This document shows, in pieces, positions 11,220-24,069 of a DNA stretch of 64,000 bases. The position numbers and the translations under genes are program-made. How positions within the stretch are numbered: position 1 is the stretch's first letter; every line of letters starts with the position of its first letter. The stretch is taken from the NCBI GenBank assembly GCA_017654855.1, contig CM030333.1, positions 1,178,001 through 1,242,000 of the forward strand, given 5' to 3'. This DNA is from Podospora anserina. Taxonomy: Eukaryota. The notes under the pieces are model-generated. The model had not been told where the DNA came from and did not search any database. It saw nothing but the letters and a program-made list of their open reading frames with translations.

Positions 11220-12123
11220 GGGGGTGGGGAGAGAGTAGGCGAAGAGGGTGAAAATTATAGGGGATGGGCGGGAGTGAGTATATGGGTGGGATTGGGAAAG
11301 GGATGGGAAAGGGAAAGATGGGAGGTTAGGCGTCAACAAATTGTTGGTTGGTTTTCTTTTTTTTTTTTGGTTTTGTTATTATGATGATGGTGTTTGATGG
11401 GAGTTTTTTTTGGGGGGGGCTTTTTGGCTTGTGTTTTGGTTTTATAAAGAAGCAAGTAAAGTTGGGCAAATGAATGATGTTTGGGTTTTTTTTTGGTTTT
11501 ACTATACAATGTTTTAGATGTTAAAATAGGTGGGTAGAGTGTGAAGTATGCCTTGCGTTTTTAGCCATGGTTGCTTTTTGTCCTGAGTCTTGTATAGGAG
11601 CTGTTCAATGGTGGTGTTGATCAGGGCGAGATAAAGTGATAAGAGGGGCTATCAGGGTAGGTAGGGAGTGTGGCCTCGGGAAGGACCCAACTTGAGCGTG
11701 TGTCTCCGCGCAATTCCAACACGCCTTGAATTCTCCGGAGAGTAAGGTGGTGATTTTGTGTGTCATGGAATTGCTCGCTGAATTAGTACGGGATGTGCTT
11801 GATTTTATGGAAGTGGGAGAGATGCCGAGGAGTCTCCGGTTTATCTCCTGCGGGGAAGCTCGCAACAGCGGGCAGTCCAGCGATCGATCATAGCCACGGC
11901 GTAACGTAACGGATGAACCGTTGTGATCAATTGAGTGAGGGGTTCGGGGAGATGGAGGAGGTGAGGGGTCATGACGTGCGTTTGTTGAGGGATGGGTAGG
12001 TGGGTATGAGGGTGTATATAACCTGGCTGTAGAGACTTTTATCTCAGTTCAGACGCACGGATTGATGTCACGAGCACGCTCTCAACTTTTTAGTCCAGTA
12101 TTAGAACAGAAGACCACTTCACA

Positions 12124-12770
12124 ATGGCCGACTCAGCCCCCCGCCTCGCCGCCCTCGACGTACCTACCCCCTCCCCGTTTCACTTTCCCCTCCCGTACCT
12201 AGGTGGCTAACCTTTCGATCGGTAGGACTCCATCGTCTCCCGCCTCCCCTCCTACTCCCAATCCCTCTTTGCGGCCAAAACCGCCCACGAGCTCTCCTTC
12301 TCGGCAATCGCTGAACACCTCGGCCGGTCCGAGGTTGCAGTTGCGGCGCTCTTTTACGGACAGGCGACGGCCTCGCCGGAGGATATCACCAAACTGGCGG
12401 AGCTCTTGAGCTTGCCCGAGGCGCAGCTGAGGAAGGATCTCGGGACTGGGTTCCCTGATCGGGGGAGGTCAGGGCCTATGCCGCCGGTTGAACCGCTGAT
12501 TTATAGGTTGTATGAGGTTGTGCAGAATTACGGGTATGCGTTCAAGAGTGTGATTAATGAGAAGTTTGGGGATGGGATTATGAGTGCTATTTGCTTTGAT
12601 ACAAAGGTGGAGAAGGAGACGGTGGAGGGCGCGGATTGGGTTGTTATTACGCTGAGGGGGAAGTGGTATGTTCTCGTCTCTGTTATCATGTTACCCTGTC
12701 AGGGCATGGAAGATGTGGGACGGTATTGACTGACTTTGTGATTTGCAGGCTGCCTTTCACGAGGTTCTAA
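12124..12770 (+). CDS. cyn1: Cyanate hydratase (cyanase); exons 12124-12159, 12226-12665, 12749-12770
   Basis: [38 protein letters not shown] and a spliced end of ITLRGKWLPFTRF*, all typical cyanase motifs. Introns are GTACCT..GCTAAC..TAG and GTATGT..CTGAC..CAG. Confidence 0.93.
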
Positions 12771-13556
12771 GTGGGCAGATGGTAAGACGGGATAGTAGGG
12801 GATCGAACTCTCATGGAGGACTCCTCATTCAAGGGTTCGAGTGCTTCCCAGGAAGAGGGGAAAAGTCACGATGGCTGGCTTGTGCCTGAGACAGAACGAT
12901 CAAATCACACAAAGATCAGGATCTGGTGCCTGACAGGTGTTTTCTGGTTTCCTTTCATGGTGTCTAGCAAAGATGTTCGAGACAACGGGCGAGGTAACGG
13001 CTGAAGAATATCATGGGCGAATTTTCAAGTTGGATTGTTTACTTGCTTTCATCGGTATCGCCGTGGCAGAATATCACGGGCAAAATGTTCGGCTAGAATT
13101 GTTGGCTCTCTTTCACCGGTCCGAGGCGAGCCGGCGACAGGAGCTCGAGGCAAACACTTTCTCAATGAACCTTTGCCTATCACCAGGACTAGATCCAAGG
13201 TTTTCTTACCTTGGGCTCTCTGACGGCAAAGACGCGGGATCCACAATAGTAAGGGGCTCAGGGGGTCACAATACTAAGATGGCCACCACCGAACAGCTCT
13301 TTTGTCAATAGCTAGCAAACCAAAGAAGCCAACTTTTTTCATGAAATCAAACATCTACTGCTCCCACGTTGTAATTACGCTTTCCCACGTGCCGAAGCTT
13401 CTTTTCTGCCGTGTGCTTGCCTTGATGGTTGTTTGTCTCCCGGGGGATAATGCTAAGAGCACAATACTAAGACCCGCCGCCTGATGGACTCTGCTCTAAT
13501 GATTCTCGAGTTGTCTGTCTAAAGTCAATGAAACTCAGGGGAGATCATCTCCAAGG

Positions 13557-13688
13557 ATCAAAGAAACCAATTTGGTCTAGCTTGTGATCCTGTCTCTTGT
13601 GGCGGGTGGCCATGGAGGAAGATGGCCGCTCAACACCACAACTCACCGGTTTGTATGGCATTCAGCAGCCTCAAAAAAAAGTATAAAA
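13557..13688 (+). promoter_or_regulatory. Putative mfp promoter elements: HMG-box-type site ATCAAAG (13557-13563) and TATAAAA (13682-13688)
   Basis: ATCAAAG fits the (A/T)(A/T)CAAAG HMG-box consensus, and a-factor-type pheromone genes are controlled by the mating-type HMG protein. The TATA lies 100 nt upstream of the ATG. Short motifs can occur by chance. Confidence 0.45.
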
Positions 13689-13781
13689 CATGTCCTACCC
13701 TCCCCCTAAACCCATCTTTTTTTTTCTTCATCCGCATCCACTTCTGAACATCTTCAGTAAAACAAAAAACCAACAATCAAA

Positions 13782-13856
13782 ATGCCTTCCACCACCGCTC
13801 AGACCAAGGTTCCCCAGACCTCCACCAACTTCAACAGCTACTGCGTTGTCATGTAA
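13782..13856 (+). CDS. mfp: a-factor-like lipopeptide mating pheromone precursor, 24 aa (MPSTTAQTKVPQTSTNFNSYCVVM)
   Basis: Strong fungal start context (ATCAAAATG) and C-terminal CaaX box CVVM*. Close to Neurospora MFA-1 / Sordaria PPG2, and next to cyanase as known for this locus. Too short for the ORF track. Confidence 0.95.
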   Translation: MPSTTAQTKVPQTSTNFNSYCVVM

Positions 13857-14975
13857 ATTGACCAACATGGTATGCTAAAAGGCGCGCTCCAGCACTAGAA
13901 GCAGGCAAGAGAGAGGGAGACTTGTTTCTCTCTCTCCCCTGAACCTCCATCTTCACTCTTTTCGGCTGTATTTCGACTTTTTCATCTGCCCCAAATGACA
14001 ACAAGTCTTCCTCCTGTGAACGTACGGGAGTGGACTTGGATGGATTCGAGCTACTTTCGACAAGGTTGAAGCCTCACAGGTTTTCCTCTCTCTTGTCCCA
14101 CGAAATCAACGCTACTCTCCTCTCTCAATAACTGGATTCGTTGCTCTTTTGGGTACCGCCTCAGTGTCGCTGCCTGGAAGGTACGACAACATCAATCGGC
14201 TCTCAATTTTACCCCCAAAACCGATTTTTAAAACAATCACAAAAACTTCAACTTTCTGGATCCACCTTTTTGAACATAAACACAGAAAAAGAACAAATCG
14301 GGCTCACTTTTCATGGCCTGCTTCTTCACACCAAACTCCTTGCTTTCTCAGACAATCAATTCTTTTCGCTTCTTTGACGACTTGTTCCGACTCGAAAAAC
14401 GACAAAAATCACCACTTGGCTTTTTTTGCCCTTTCTTTGGGAAGGACAGTTACATGGGCAAGAGAATTTTTGGGAGGGGAACCAAGGGGGAAGATTCAGA
14501 CGTGGATTGGAACCTTTTTGCTTCTTTTTCTTTTTTAACTTATAACTTCTTCTTGCTGTACCCACTGCAGGACTAGATAGATTCAATCGAGGCTGGTTGA
14601 TAAAAATTCCTTGATCATGATGGTGGCTGTGACTATGATATGAGGACCTAAAACCATAATCTGACTGATAGGAAAAACATCCATGGTGTCTCTCCTCGAG
14701 GTTGTGAATCACTGCATTGAAGGTTGACTTGCACTGACATCACCCCTCCTCCATCAACCCCACCGTTCGGTTCAACAGCCGAGACGGCCCCATAACCCCA
14801 CTGCCCCACCTCGACTCGCCAAGCCGCTAGTCTTATCTTATCTCAATGGTGGGGATAATTTTTGCAATTGCCCAATCTTGCCTGGCCATCCCGAGCGAAG
14901 CTCTCTGCGACCGCAAACACAACACTATCACGGTTCTCACACCCCCCATCACCCTCGAGAACAGCCGCCGCCACA

Positions 14976-16038
14976 ATGCCGCACAAACACACCCGTCGCG
15001 AGAAGGACGAAAACACGTTAGTTAAATTCTCAATCTTCCCCATTCTTGACGCAAACTAACACCCTCACCAGCTTCGACCTCCCCCCAACCCAAATAGCCA
15101 AACCACTCCCACCCACCACCATCTCCAAAAAGAAAGAAAACGAGAAAAACAAGAAAAGAAAACCCCAGCAGCCAAAGAAGGGCGATGATCCAAATCAGCA
15201 AAATGACGCCCCCAAACCCAAAAAGAGAAAACGCGGCGACAAGAATGACGATGCGCCTCGTGCTTTCAAGAGGTTGATGGCTATCAATGAGGGGAGGTTA
15301 CCGCGCTCGGGGTTGGATAATGGTGATGCGCCAAAGAAGAAGAAGAAGGGAGGGGACATCAGGAAGCTAGTGGAAAAGGCGAAGGAGACGACCGCAGAGG
15401 AGAAGAGGGAAGAGCTCAAGATCATGCCGGGAGAGTCCATGGCCGAGTTCAACCAGCGTGTTGATGCTGCGCTGCCGATTAGTGGCTTGGTTACCAAGAC
15501 TAAGCTCAAGGACGGGAAGGATCCGTTGGGGCTCAAGGTGAAGAGGACGTTGAAGGAGAAGAAGATGCATAATATGTATGCCGAGTGGAGGATGATTGAT
15601 GCGAAGATCAAGGAGAAGAGGGAGGAGGAACTTGAGGAGCTGGAGGAGAAGGAGATGGAGAATGAGGCCATGGGGGTTTCTTGGAAGCTGGAGCAGGAAG
15701 CTGGGAAGAAGAAGAAGGGGAAGAAGAAGACAAAGTATATTGGGGAGGATAATGGGCCCGAGGGGGATCCGTGGGCGGAGATCAAGAAGAAGAGGAATGA
15801 GGGGAAGGTTGGGTTGAATGAGGTTGCGCAAGCGCCGCCCGAGTTGACGAAGCCGAGGATGAATAGCTTGGTGAGGGGGGCGAAGGTGCAGGTTGCGGAT
15901 ATTCCAAAGGCGGCGGGGAGTTTGAGGCAGAGGGAGGAGTTGCAGGGGATTAGGGAGAATGTGGTGGAGCAGTATCGCAAGCTGATGGAGGGGAGGAGGG
16001 CGGCGTTGGCTGCGGAGGGGAAGGAGAGGGATGATTAG
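14976..16038 (+). CDS. Lys/Glu-rich conserved protein, CCDC137/UPF0653-like, probably nucleolar; exons 14976-15016, 15072-16038
   Basis: CACAATG start, MPHKHTRR..., and a GTTAGT..ACTAAC..CAG intron giving FDLPPTQIAKPLP. Conserved-looking blocks are DDAPRAFKRLM, LKIMPGESMAEFNQRVD, EVAQAPPEL and RENVVEQYRKLM. Confidence 0.75.
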
Positions 16039-16536
16039 GGTAGATGGGTGAATAATATGTGTGAAGTGTATGGCTGGTTCTTGTGGTGGTAGCATTTGGT
16101 GATTTCGGCTTTGAGTGTAGATATTCAAAGCTGGCCAAGTACACCATGCCAGGCCTACAGTTTCAGCCAAAATATGATCTTGTAGATACCAATGACCACC
16201 AACTCAAGCCACCAAGTGCTCGAGTCAATATACTTTCCTTCATTCATGGAGCTCAACGGTGGGGCACGAAGATACAAAGAGCTCCCCAAGTGGTAATGAA
16301 ACGAGGGCCAAAGCTTCCTTGCAATGCCGTCCCCCACCTTGCCTCGGAGCATGCTTCAACTGCCCCTCTATTCTGCAGCAAAAAAAAATAAAAAATCGCA
16401 CCCACCCTCCCATCACCAGTCATCTTCATTCCTCTGCAAACCACCAATTCCCGAGACGTCAAAATTCAAATCACGCTGCGACACAACATCAATTCGATTT
16501 TCACCACTCGAGAATGGTGCAGCGCGCCTCGTCACA

Positions 16537-19500
16537 ATGAGCCCAGTCGGTTTCGAGGTCTTTATTGAAGGCCTCATATCGCAGATCGCCTATTGCGGCT
16601 CAGAAGGTACGTGAACATCTCTCCTGAATCACCCTTCCATCATCACCTCCTGGATAACAGCACCACGTTCGAGACTCGCGTCGTCGCCAATTTTTGAGAG
16701 TCGCCTCGGTCATTGATACCTATGGAACTCATCAATAGGACCCTTTTGGACCAGTTTGCCTATATTTCGCGTGGCCTGACCGACCGTTCAAGGTTTTGCT
16801 GGAGACTTACACGGCTAACAATTGCCGCAGGCATCACTCTCACACAGCTCTTTGAGTTCATTCGTGAATATCACGGCACCCTCGCTCGCGAGAGTGGCAA
16901 AACCCACCCAGAAGTACCCATCAAGTCAGAGGGTGATGATGGCGAAGACATTGAGAGCACGCTCACCGATGCCGAGTTGGCCTCGGCGCGGTTGGCTTGG
17001 GACTGGCTCCGGTCCAGACCGCAGATTTTGATTAACGGCCATCCTAAGAGGTATTGGAATTTCCTCGAGTTCGACCAAGTCTTGGCTCTGCCCAAAGCGG
17101 CGCCCACCGGTGGTCCGTCCGAGTCATCGGCAATTGACCCTCAGTTAGAAGCTCCCGCCGCCAAATCCACAACTGCGAAAGGCAAGGGAAAGGGCAAGGG
17201 CAATGGCAAAGGCAATGCCCAGGTCGAGAAGCCCAAGAAGAGCCTTGCTGTCCGACCTCGGATTGTGCCGTCAAAAGAAGTTGTTTGGCAGACCTTGACC
17301 CATCACGGTATCGACTACAAGAAGGTTCCGCCTCTGGAGTGGGCTTGTTTACAGGGCATTGCCACAGCAAAGCACCATGGCATTCTTCAGAGCAACCTCC
17401 GAAAGCTTGTCGATCAAGATAAACGGTCTCTACCCAAGAGAACAGATTCACTCTTTAGGAAAGGTTACATTGTCAAACGAACCGTCGTAGTTCAAAAGAT
17501 GAAGACGAGTATGCTCTGGCTGGCTGACTTTGCCCCGAAGACGGTGGATAACGACACGTTTGGTTTGGACTTGAACCCCCAGGCTCTCGAGAAGTTGGCG
17601 AAGGACACCAAAACTGTCTCCTGGCATTCGAAATGGACGGGAACAAACATTGACGTGGCGGCCCTCGGCAAAACTATTGTTGGTGTCGTCAAGGCCTTTG
17701 GCGTCATGCGTTATGCCGATCTGAGAACCAAGCTTGGAGTGTCTGGCAAGCCATGGCAGATGAAGACTGTTGCAAAGAGTTGTCAGCGGTTTGCCGATTT
17801 AGGAGTCATCAAGTATACAGCTGCTTGCTTTCCCACGACTCGCAAAGTCTTCAAAGACTGTCTCAAGTTCGTTCGCGATCCCACCGACGAGGAGTGGCAG
17901 AGGTTCCTGGCCACTGGCAAGAAGACGTCCCAGTATTCGGATCCTAGCAGACACCGTGAGCCGAAGCCAAATGCGCTCGCGCTTTACGAAAATTCTGGAG
18001 CGCGGATTCAAAACCATTGGACTCCAGAGAAGCCGCTGGCTCAGACAGTCTTCGAGGTGATCAAGAGCGCAGGCCCAAGAGGAGCCTCAAATCCCCAGGT
18101 TAGCGTTGCCACTGTCGGCTACCAACATCGGCGGTACCTGTCAAGCTACTTGACAAAAGTTGCCGAAACGCGGCAGCCCGCCCACTTGACCCAGTTTCAG
18201 GTCAACAGCGAGATGATTCGGATCGGCAAAACCTCTGCCTACATGTACAGGGCTACTGGCGGGCAGTCTACCGGTGGGCAACCACTCTTGACGCAAACAG
18301 CAGCGGCGGACAATCCTGGCTCTGCTTATGGCTTTGGAGAGGTTCGGCCCAAGATGTTTGCCCCCGACGAAAAGAATTCACTCAGCGCCCTGTCTCTGAT
18401 GGCACAACCCCCGCGCCAGGCGAACCGGAAGCAAAGCCACGTTGCTGCACAGTTGAGAAGACAGGAGCAGGCCCTAGAGGAAGCCAGAATTGCGTCGATG
18501 CAGTCTATTGCTGAAGAAACCCCGGCGGCTGATACCGATACGGCTGATGCGGCGCCAAAGGAGGCTGCTATTGAGGTCGTCGAGGAAGCTGTTGCAGCTC
18601 CTCCTCGCCCATCACTGAAGCGGGGAGCAGACGAGATATCTGGAGATGATCGCCCACCGGAGCTGTCCCCAGGTACCGTCTACAAGGTCCGTATCGGTGA
18701 GCCACACTCGCTCAACCCGCAGCGGAGGAAGCGTGGTGCTCAGAGCGATTCGCTTGTCATTGTATTCAAGAGGCAAGGCGATGCTCCCTTCGTACCAGCT
18801 TCAACCCCACAGAGATGGAGCGAACTTGGAAATGATGGCGCCACAGACAACATGACGGTTGAATTAGGGGAGCCGTCACCTTCGACACCTGCTCCGGAAG
18901 TTACAGTGGAAGAGGTTGAGAGGGCCACTCCTACTCGCGGCAGAGGGCGTGGTCGTGGTCATGGTCGTGGAGGTGGCCGAGGTCGTGGCCGGAAGGGGCA
19001 AACCACTGTTGCCAATGGACAGAAGCAGTTCGTCTGCGAAAAGTGCGGAAGTTCGTGGAAGAATTCGAACGGGTTACAGTATCACCTGACGGCCGGGCAG
19101 AATGCCTGCAATACGAATTTCGATCCTTCACACAACTTTAACAAGCGCCGACCCATGGAACCTGTCTCGACACCCCCAGTTGAGAACTCCAGTACACCAA
19201 CCACTCGAGGTGTCCGTAAGACTGGGGCCACGGCTACCAAGCTCCGAAGAGGAGCTCTTCGGCCATCTATGAGAAAGCGGCCTGCAGACGAAGCCAGGGA
19301 AAGCGAGATGGAGTTTAGAGGTGTTGAGGTTGCTGCCATTCCGGCGACTGCTCAGGTTGGGACGGTTATTCCAGACCCAGACCCGCCGGTTCAGCCTTTT
19401 CAAATTCAGAGCGGGTTGCTAACCCAGCGGAACTTTGTCCAGCAGTCCAGAATGCCACTGGGTAACAAAGCTGCGCCTGCCGCACCTTTCACTTTTCAGG

Positions 19501-22500
19501 GCCAAGTCAGCCCCCCCCCTCAACCTATGGACTTGGACACCCGGCCGATCTCAGCTGCTAAGCCCGCGACCCAGGCTTTACCAAGTATGCAGCTGACAGC
19601 CCAGGCTCCGGCCCAGCATGTCTACAATGGCACAGCTGATGTTGAAATGCCTGACAAGCAGCATGATGTTGCGGTTCCGGACGAGCAACAGGACGTTGAG
19701 ATGTCTGAACAGCCAGACGACCAGCCAGTCGGTGTTTCACAGTATCCAGATGTGCCTGATCCAAATGCTCATCAGGCGTTCAACCCGGAGAATCGCGTGC
19801 TCACACTGGAGAAGACAGAAGCACATCCAGCCAGCACTGCGCCAGCGCCATCCCAAGACTCTCAGGGCATCAAGTCCTTCGTGCCGAATTACTCGTCCTA
19901 TGAACAACTCGCAACGAACGCGAAGGTGCGGACTGCCATGGTTTTTGATATCGTGCAGTATCTTTTGGACAATAACAATGGCGTGTTTCCTGGTGAGAAA
20001 GCTGTTTTTTATGCCGCACTTCGGGTCTATTTGGCGACGTTCCCGGGAACCACTCCACCAAGTCTAAAGAACTGTCAGACTGCCATCAACTCGCTGCAGG
20101 CTCGCAAGTTGATAGACATGCACACTTACTTGTTGAGGAATATGCAGGGCAGGATGGAGACATACAGCGTACTGGTTCGCCACGGCATGGATCCTTCTGC
20201 AGAAGCCGTCAAATTCACCGCGCGAATGATCAAGGAAGCGTTTCCGGGACTGTACATCCCGCCTGCGTTCTCGCCTACCCCGGAAGAGATGGCTGATTTA
20301 CAGGAGACTGACCCGAAATACCCAAAGGGGGAAAGGGACGCACGACCAAATGCAAATGGTCAGAAGTTTCGGGCCAGGAGGCGGCAGATCACTGAGGTTG
20401 AGGTTTTCAATGCCCCGTACTACAATCAGAACATTGCTGGCCAGCCTGTCAAGGATACCTTGCGGCCTAATCACCTGCGGAGCCACGGGAATGTCGGGCA
20501 GAAGAGGCAAGCCCCGGAAGACGGGGCTGGGGCCGGGGCCCAGAGCTCTTCCCCGAAACGGCACAAGTCGAACGGGGGGCATGCGACTCATCCAGAAAAT
20601 CAAAGCGACTCACTCGTGGATCCCGAGCTTTTCAAAACGTCGCCCCCTCAACAATACTACCCGCTTGGCAACATCAACCACATCGACAGCATTCACAGGC
20701 CATCCATCGTTGAAGCCGTCAAGCACTTCCGTCTCTTGCCCACACGGGGCGGCAGCAAGATGCATCACAATGCCCGGCCAAGCAAGTCGCCAACGAAGAT
20801 GCCCGAATCCCTCGGCAGGATCAAGAACCCAGGGTTGAACAGTATGCCGACTTGGTTTTTCAAGAAGGGTTCCTACTTCTACAATCTTAATGCCAATCCC
20901 AACCCTGAGCTTGTCTCGCCTACAGTTAAATTCTTGGAGCCCAACGAGAGCCTCGAGGTTGACGATGGAGAGTTTGAGAGTGATGAAAAGGGGACGTCGT
21001 GGACTCCCGAGCTTGAGTCGAATGATGGCGAATCTACGGGCACGGATTGCGACGAAATTACTGTGGTGTTGGATGAAGAGGTTGAGAAGCCAAAGGAGTG
21101 CACGTTTGCCGAGAGCACTACGCTGACACAAGTTGCGGATGGGGTGTGGCACGAGCACAGCCAAAAGCACTTCAAGAGGCTTGATACCAGCTTCACTGTT
21201 GATGGCTATATGCCGACCCGGAAGTGGCAGCTTGAGCAGAACATCCCCAGAAGCATTGAGACTATGGCGAAGAAGAGCGACTTGGATGCCCATACTGACT
21301 GGAAAGACAAAAAGTATGCGCTGTTTTGCACACTTATCGACAAGGTCTCAGACTGGGAATTGTCCAAGAATGGGTCTACCTTGCTAGAGTCTGGCAGTGT
21401 GGCGCCTGATTTCATCATCCTCAACATCACTCCCAAGCATGGAATGAGCCATATGCCGGTCAAGGCCCGCTTTAACGACCAGAAGCAGTTCACGATGGAC
21501 ACCCTTGATTACCAGGAGCTGGAGTCTGATGACGATCATCAAGAGCTCTTGCCCGGGGCTTTTGCCCACAGGAAGAAACGTCTTGGCAGGCCTCCCGGTT
21601 CTAAGTCGCAGACCACTCGCACTCGCTCTGGGAAGATCAAACTCAAAGAGATCAAGACCAAGCGCGAGCATACTGGCTTCCCGCAGTGCCCAGAGGACTT
21701 CCTTAGACAGCCGGGTGACAGGGCCGAAGGGCTGGACTGGTCAAGTGAGAATGTGCGTCTCGCTACTTACGTTGCCATCGGTACACTCCTGGGTGGTACT
21801 TCTCGTTCTGTTGATTGGGGCTTGATTATGAGGATATATCCTGAGCAAACGTAAGTTCTTTGTTTCGTTCTCGAGAGAGTGAAGAGGGTGCTAACAGTTT
21901 CACAGTCTCAGTCAATTGCGGCACTACTGGGGTATGCTTAGGAAAGATCGCGCGTCGAGCATTGTCATATTGACGGCCAAGTTTCACAAGAAGTTCCTCA
22001 AGGCTTACGAGGAGGAAGAGTTGCCGCCTCTCGACTTTGACGATGTGCTTGCCTACGACTGGCTTAAGCTCATCAAGTGGACGACCAGACTGGATTGGGA
22101 AGAGAAGACGGCGTTGCCCGCCACAAGCCAGGCCCTGGAGGAGAACTTCACCCTGACTCCCGTTAGGCACGAGGACCGTGAATGGCGCGAGGCTTACTAT
22201 CACCCCCAGCGATCCGTCTTTAACCGTTTCCAGGACGCCACATCCGAGCCGTTGGCTGTTTCACTGGACAACCAGCCCAAGCCCAAGCCGTCTCAAGATA
22301 TGATGGTCGCCATGGCCTGGATTCGCTCGCTCTGCGTGACGCCTGTCCAAGAGAAGCTAGACGAGAAGTTGGTGCAGAAGCGTAACGGCCTCTATCCACA
22401 CATGAGAGCTGTCGAGATCACGGAGCTGGTGGAGAGAGCCATCGAGCAGCTTCAGCGCATGCACGTCATCTCCAAGTCTTCCAGGGACTGCAGTAACGGT

Positions 22501-23286
22501 CGTCAGTGGCGATTCAACACTAGAGTGTTTGAACAGCTTGTCAAGGCGGCCAGCCAGGAGAAGTTTGAGCAGGCCTATCGGTACAAGAAGAAGCTGGACG
22601 AGGCGTTCAGAGCCAAGGGTAAGTCTTCGGTTCGTTTCAAGGCTGACGACAAGGGCATGACGATGGTGCTTGTCAATATGCAAGCCATGGGCCGGGTTCG
22701 CACTGTCATCCTCGACCAGAAGAATGTGCCCATGGGTCATGAGCCCGGGAACTATGAAACGAGAAAGTATCCCAAGGAGTACATGCACTTCAAGATGGAC
22801 ATCATTCCCACCGACAAGTATGTCTACGATGACGACGCCGAGCTTGTCGAACTTCGAGAGAAGATTTTGGCTGCCAAACCGCCTGCTGCGGGGCCGGGAG
22901 GGGCGGTTCCGGTCTGGATGACTTGCCACGGCGATCTGAATGTGGACATGTGGATCCAGTACCTGAGCGTGGTGGTGATCACGCTGGCTTCACGTGGCAG
23001 CATGAGGCCTGACGAGCTGGTCAAGACAGTCAAGCCGGTAATTATGGAGTTTGAGGCGGAGCTGATCATGGATTGGTTGGAGGGCGTGGGCGTGCTCAAG
23101 GAGCAGATTGCCGGGATGGCGAGAGGTCTTGGAGAGTGGTGGTGGACTGTGGTGGAGGTTTCCAAGGAGGGATTGACTGCTCCTGCTGAGAAGGATAAAG
23201 GAAAGGGAAAAGAAGTGGAGCAAAGTGCTGCCGGTAACAAGCCGAGAAAGTCGTTGCCGAGTGGTAGGCCCACGGTTACTGCTTGA
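16537..23286 (+). CDS. TFC3: RNA polymerase III transcription factor TFIIIC B-box-binding subunit (tau138/Tfc3/Sfc3); exons 16537-16606, 16831-21850, 21906-23286
   Basis: About 2150 aa after splicing. N-terminal IAYCGSEGIT; winged-helix block LEWACLQGIA..GILQSNLRKLVDQDKRSLPKRTDSL..KGYIVKR; C-terminal TLLGG..VDWGLI, PVWM..GDLN..MW and GEWWW blocks typical of fungal Sfc3. Canonical introns. Confidence 0.85.
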
Positions 23287-24069
23287 GGAAGTTTGAGGGA
23301 TGATGTTTTCTTGGAACTTTTGTGCATCAGGATACTATGTTGCTCTCCCACTCTATTTGTAGTGGATAGAAGAGCTAGGAAATATGGGGGAGGGAACAGT
23401 CATGAGAGAGGGAAAAGAGGGCTTTTTGTTGGAGGTTGGGCTGGACAGGATTTTCTTCGTCGGCATTCTTCTTCACTTGTGATACCCCCTGGTACCTCTT
23501 AAGGACTGGGACTTTCATTTTGGGCGTTTGTGGAGCATAGGAGATGGGGCATTAGCGGATTGGGGGAGTGTGTGTTTCTTGTAGTCATATGTGTAGAATA
23601 ATGGTTGGTTTTCTGGACTCTGTGTTCTTGTGATGCTTGTGTTGAGGTGAAAGGATGTGCTGGATGTAAATGTCGACATGTCTCGACTTGCCTTCTTGAT
23701 ACCTATCGACGGCTCTTCTGTCTCCCACCGACCAGGATGGGCTGCTGGTTTGTTGCAAGATGGGTGTGCTTAAACTGATATATACCGAGTCTGGGAACCT
23801 CGACGGATGCCCTGGGGCGTGCTGACGTCTGTTCACTGTAAAAGCCCAAGTTGAACAAAATTTGGACATATCAGCAATCAAATTCCCAGTTCCATGTCCT
23901 GTCTGTTCCATATTCCACCGGCCAGATCTCACCGCGATGCTATTGTAATTACAAAATATCTGTGTCAATTCCAACAACTCCGTTCCCTTATTATCCCACC
24001 CCACCCCCTGCCCCATCAAAGCAGTTAATTCAACGCCAGTTCCCAAAAATGCAGTTCCCCCTCTCATCC

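Noticed and set aside
12160-12225. Duplicated GTACCTA donor inside the first cyanase intron (stwintron or alternative donor)
   Set aside because: The inner GT leaves only 31 nt to the acceptor, and there is no second branch/acceptor set.
12798-12845. tRNA T-loop/B-box-like GTTCGA motifs here and at 61326-61337
   Set aside because: No T-stem or acceptor-stem pairing and no cloverleaf.
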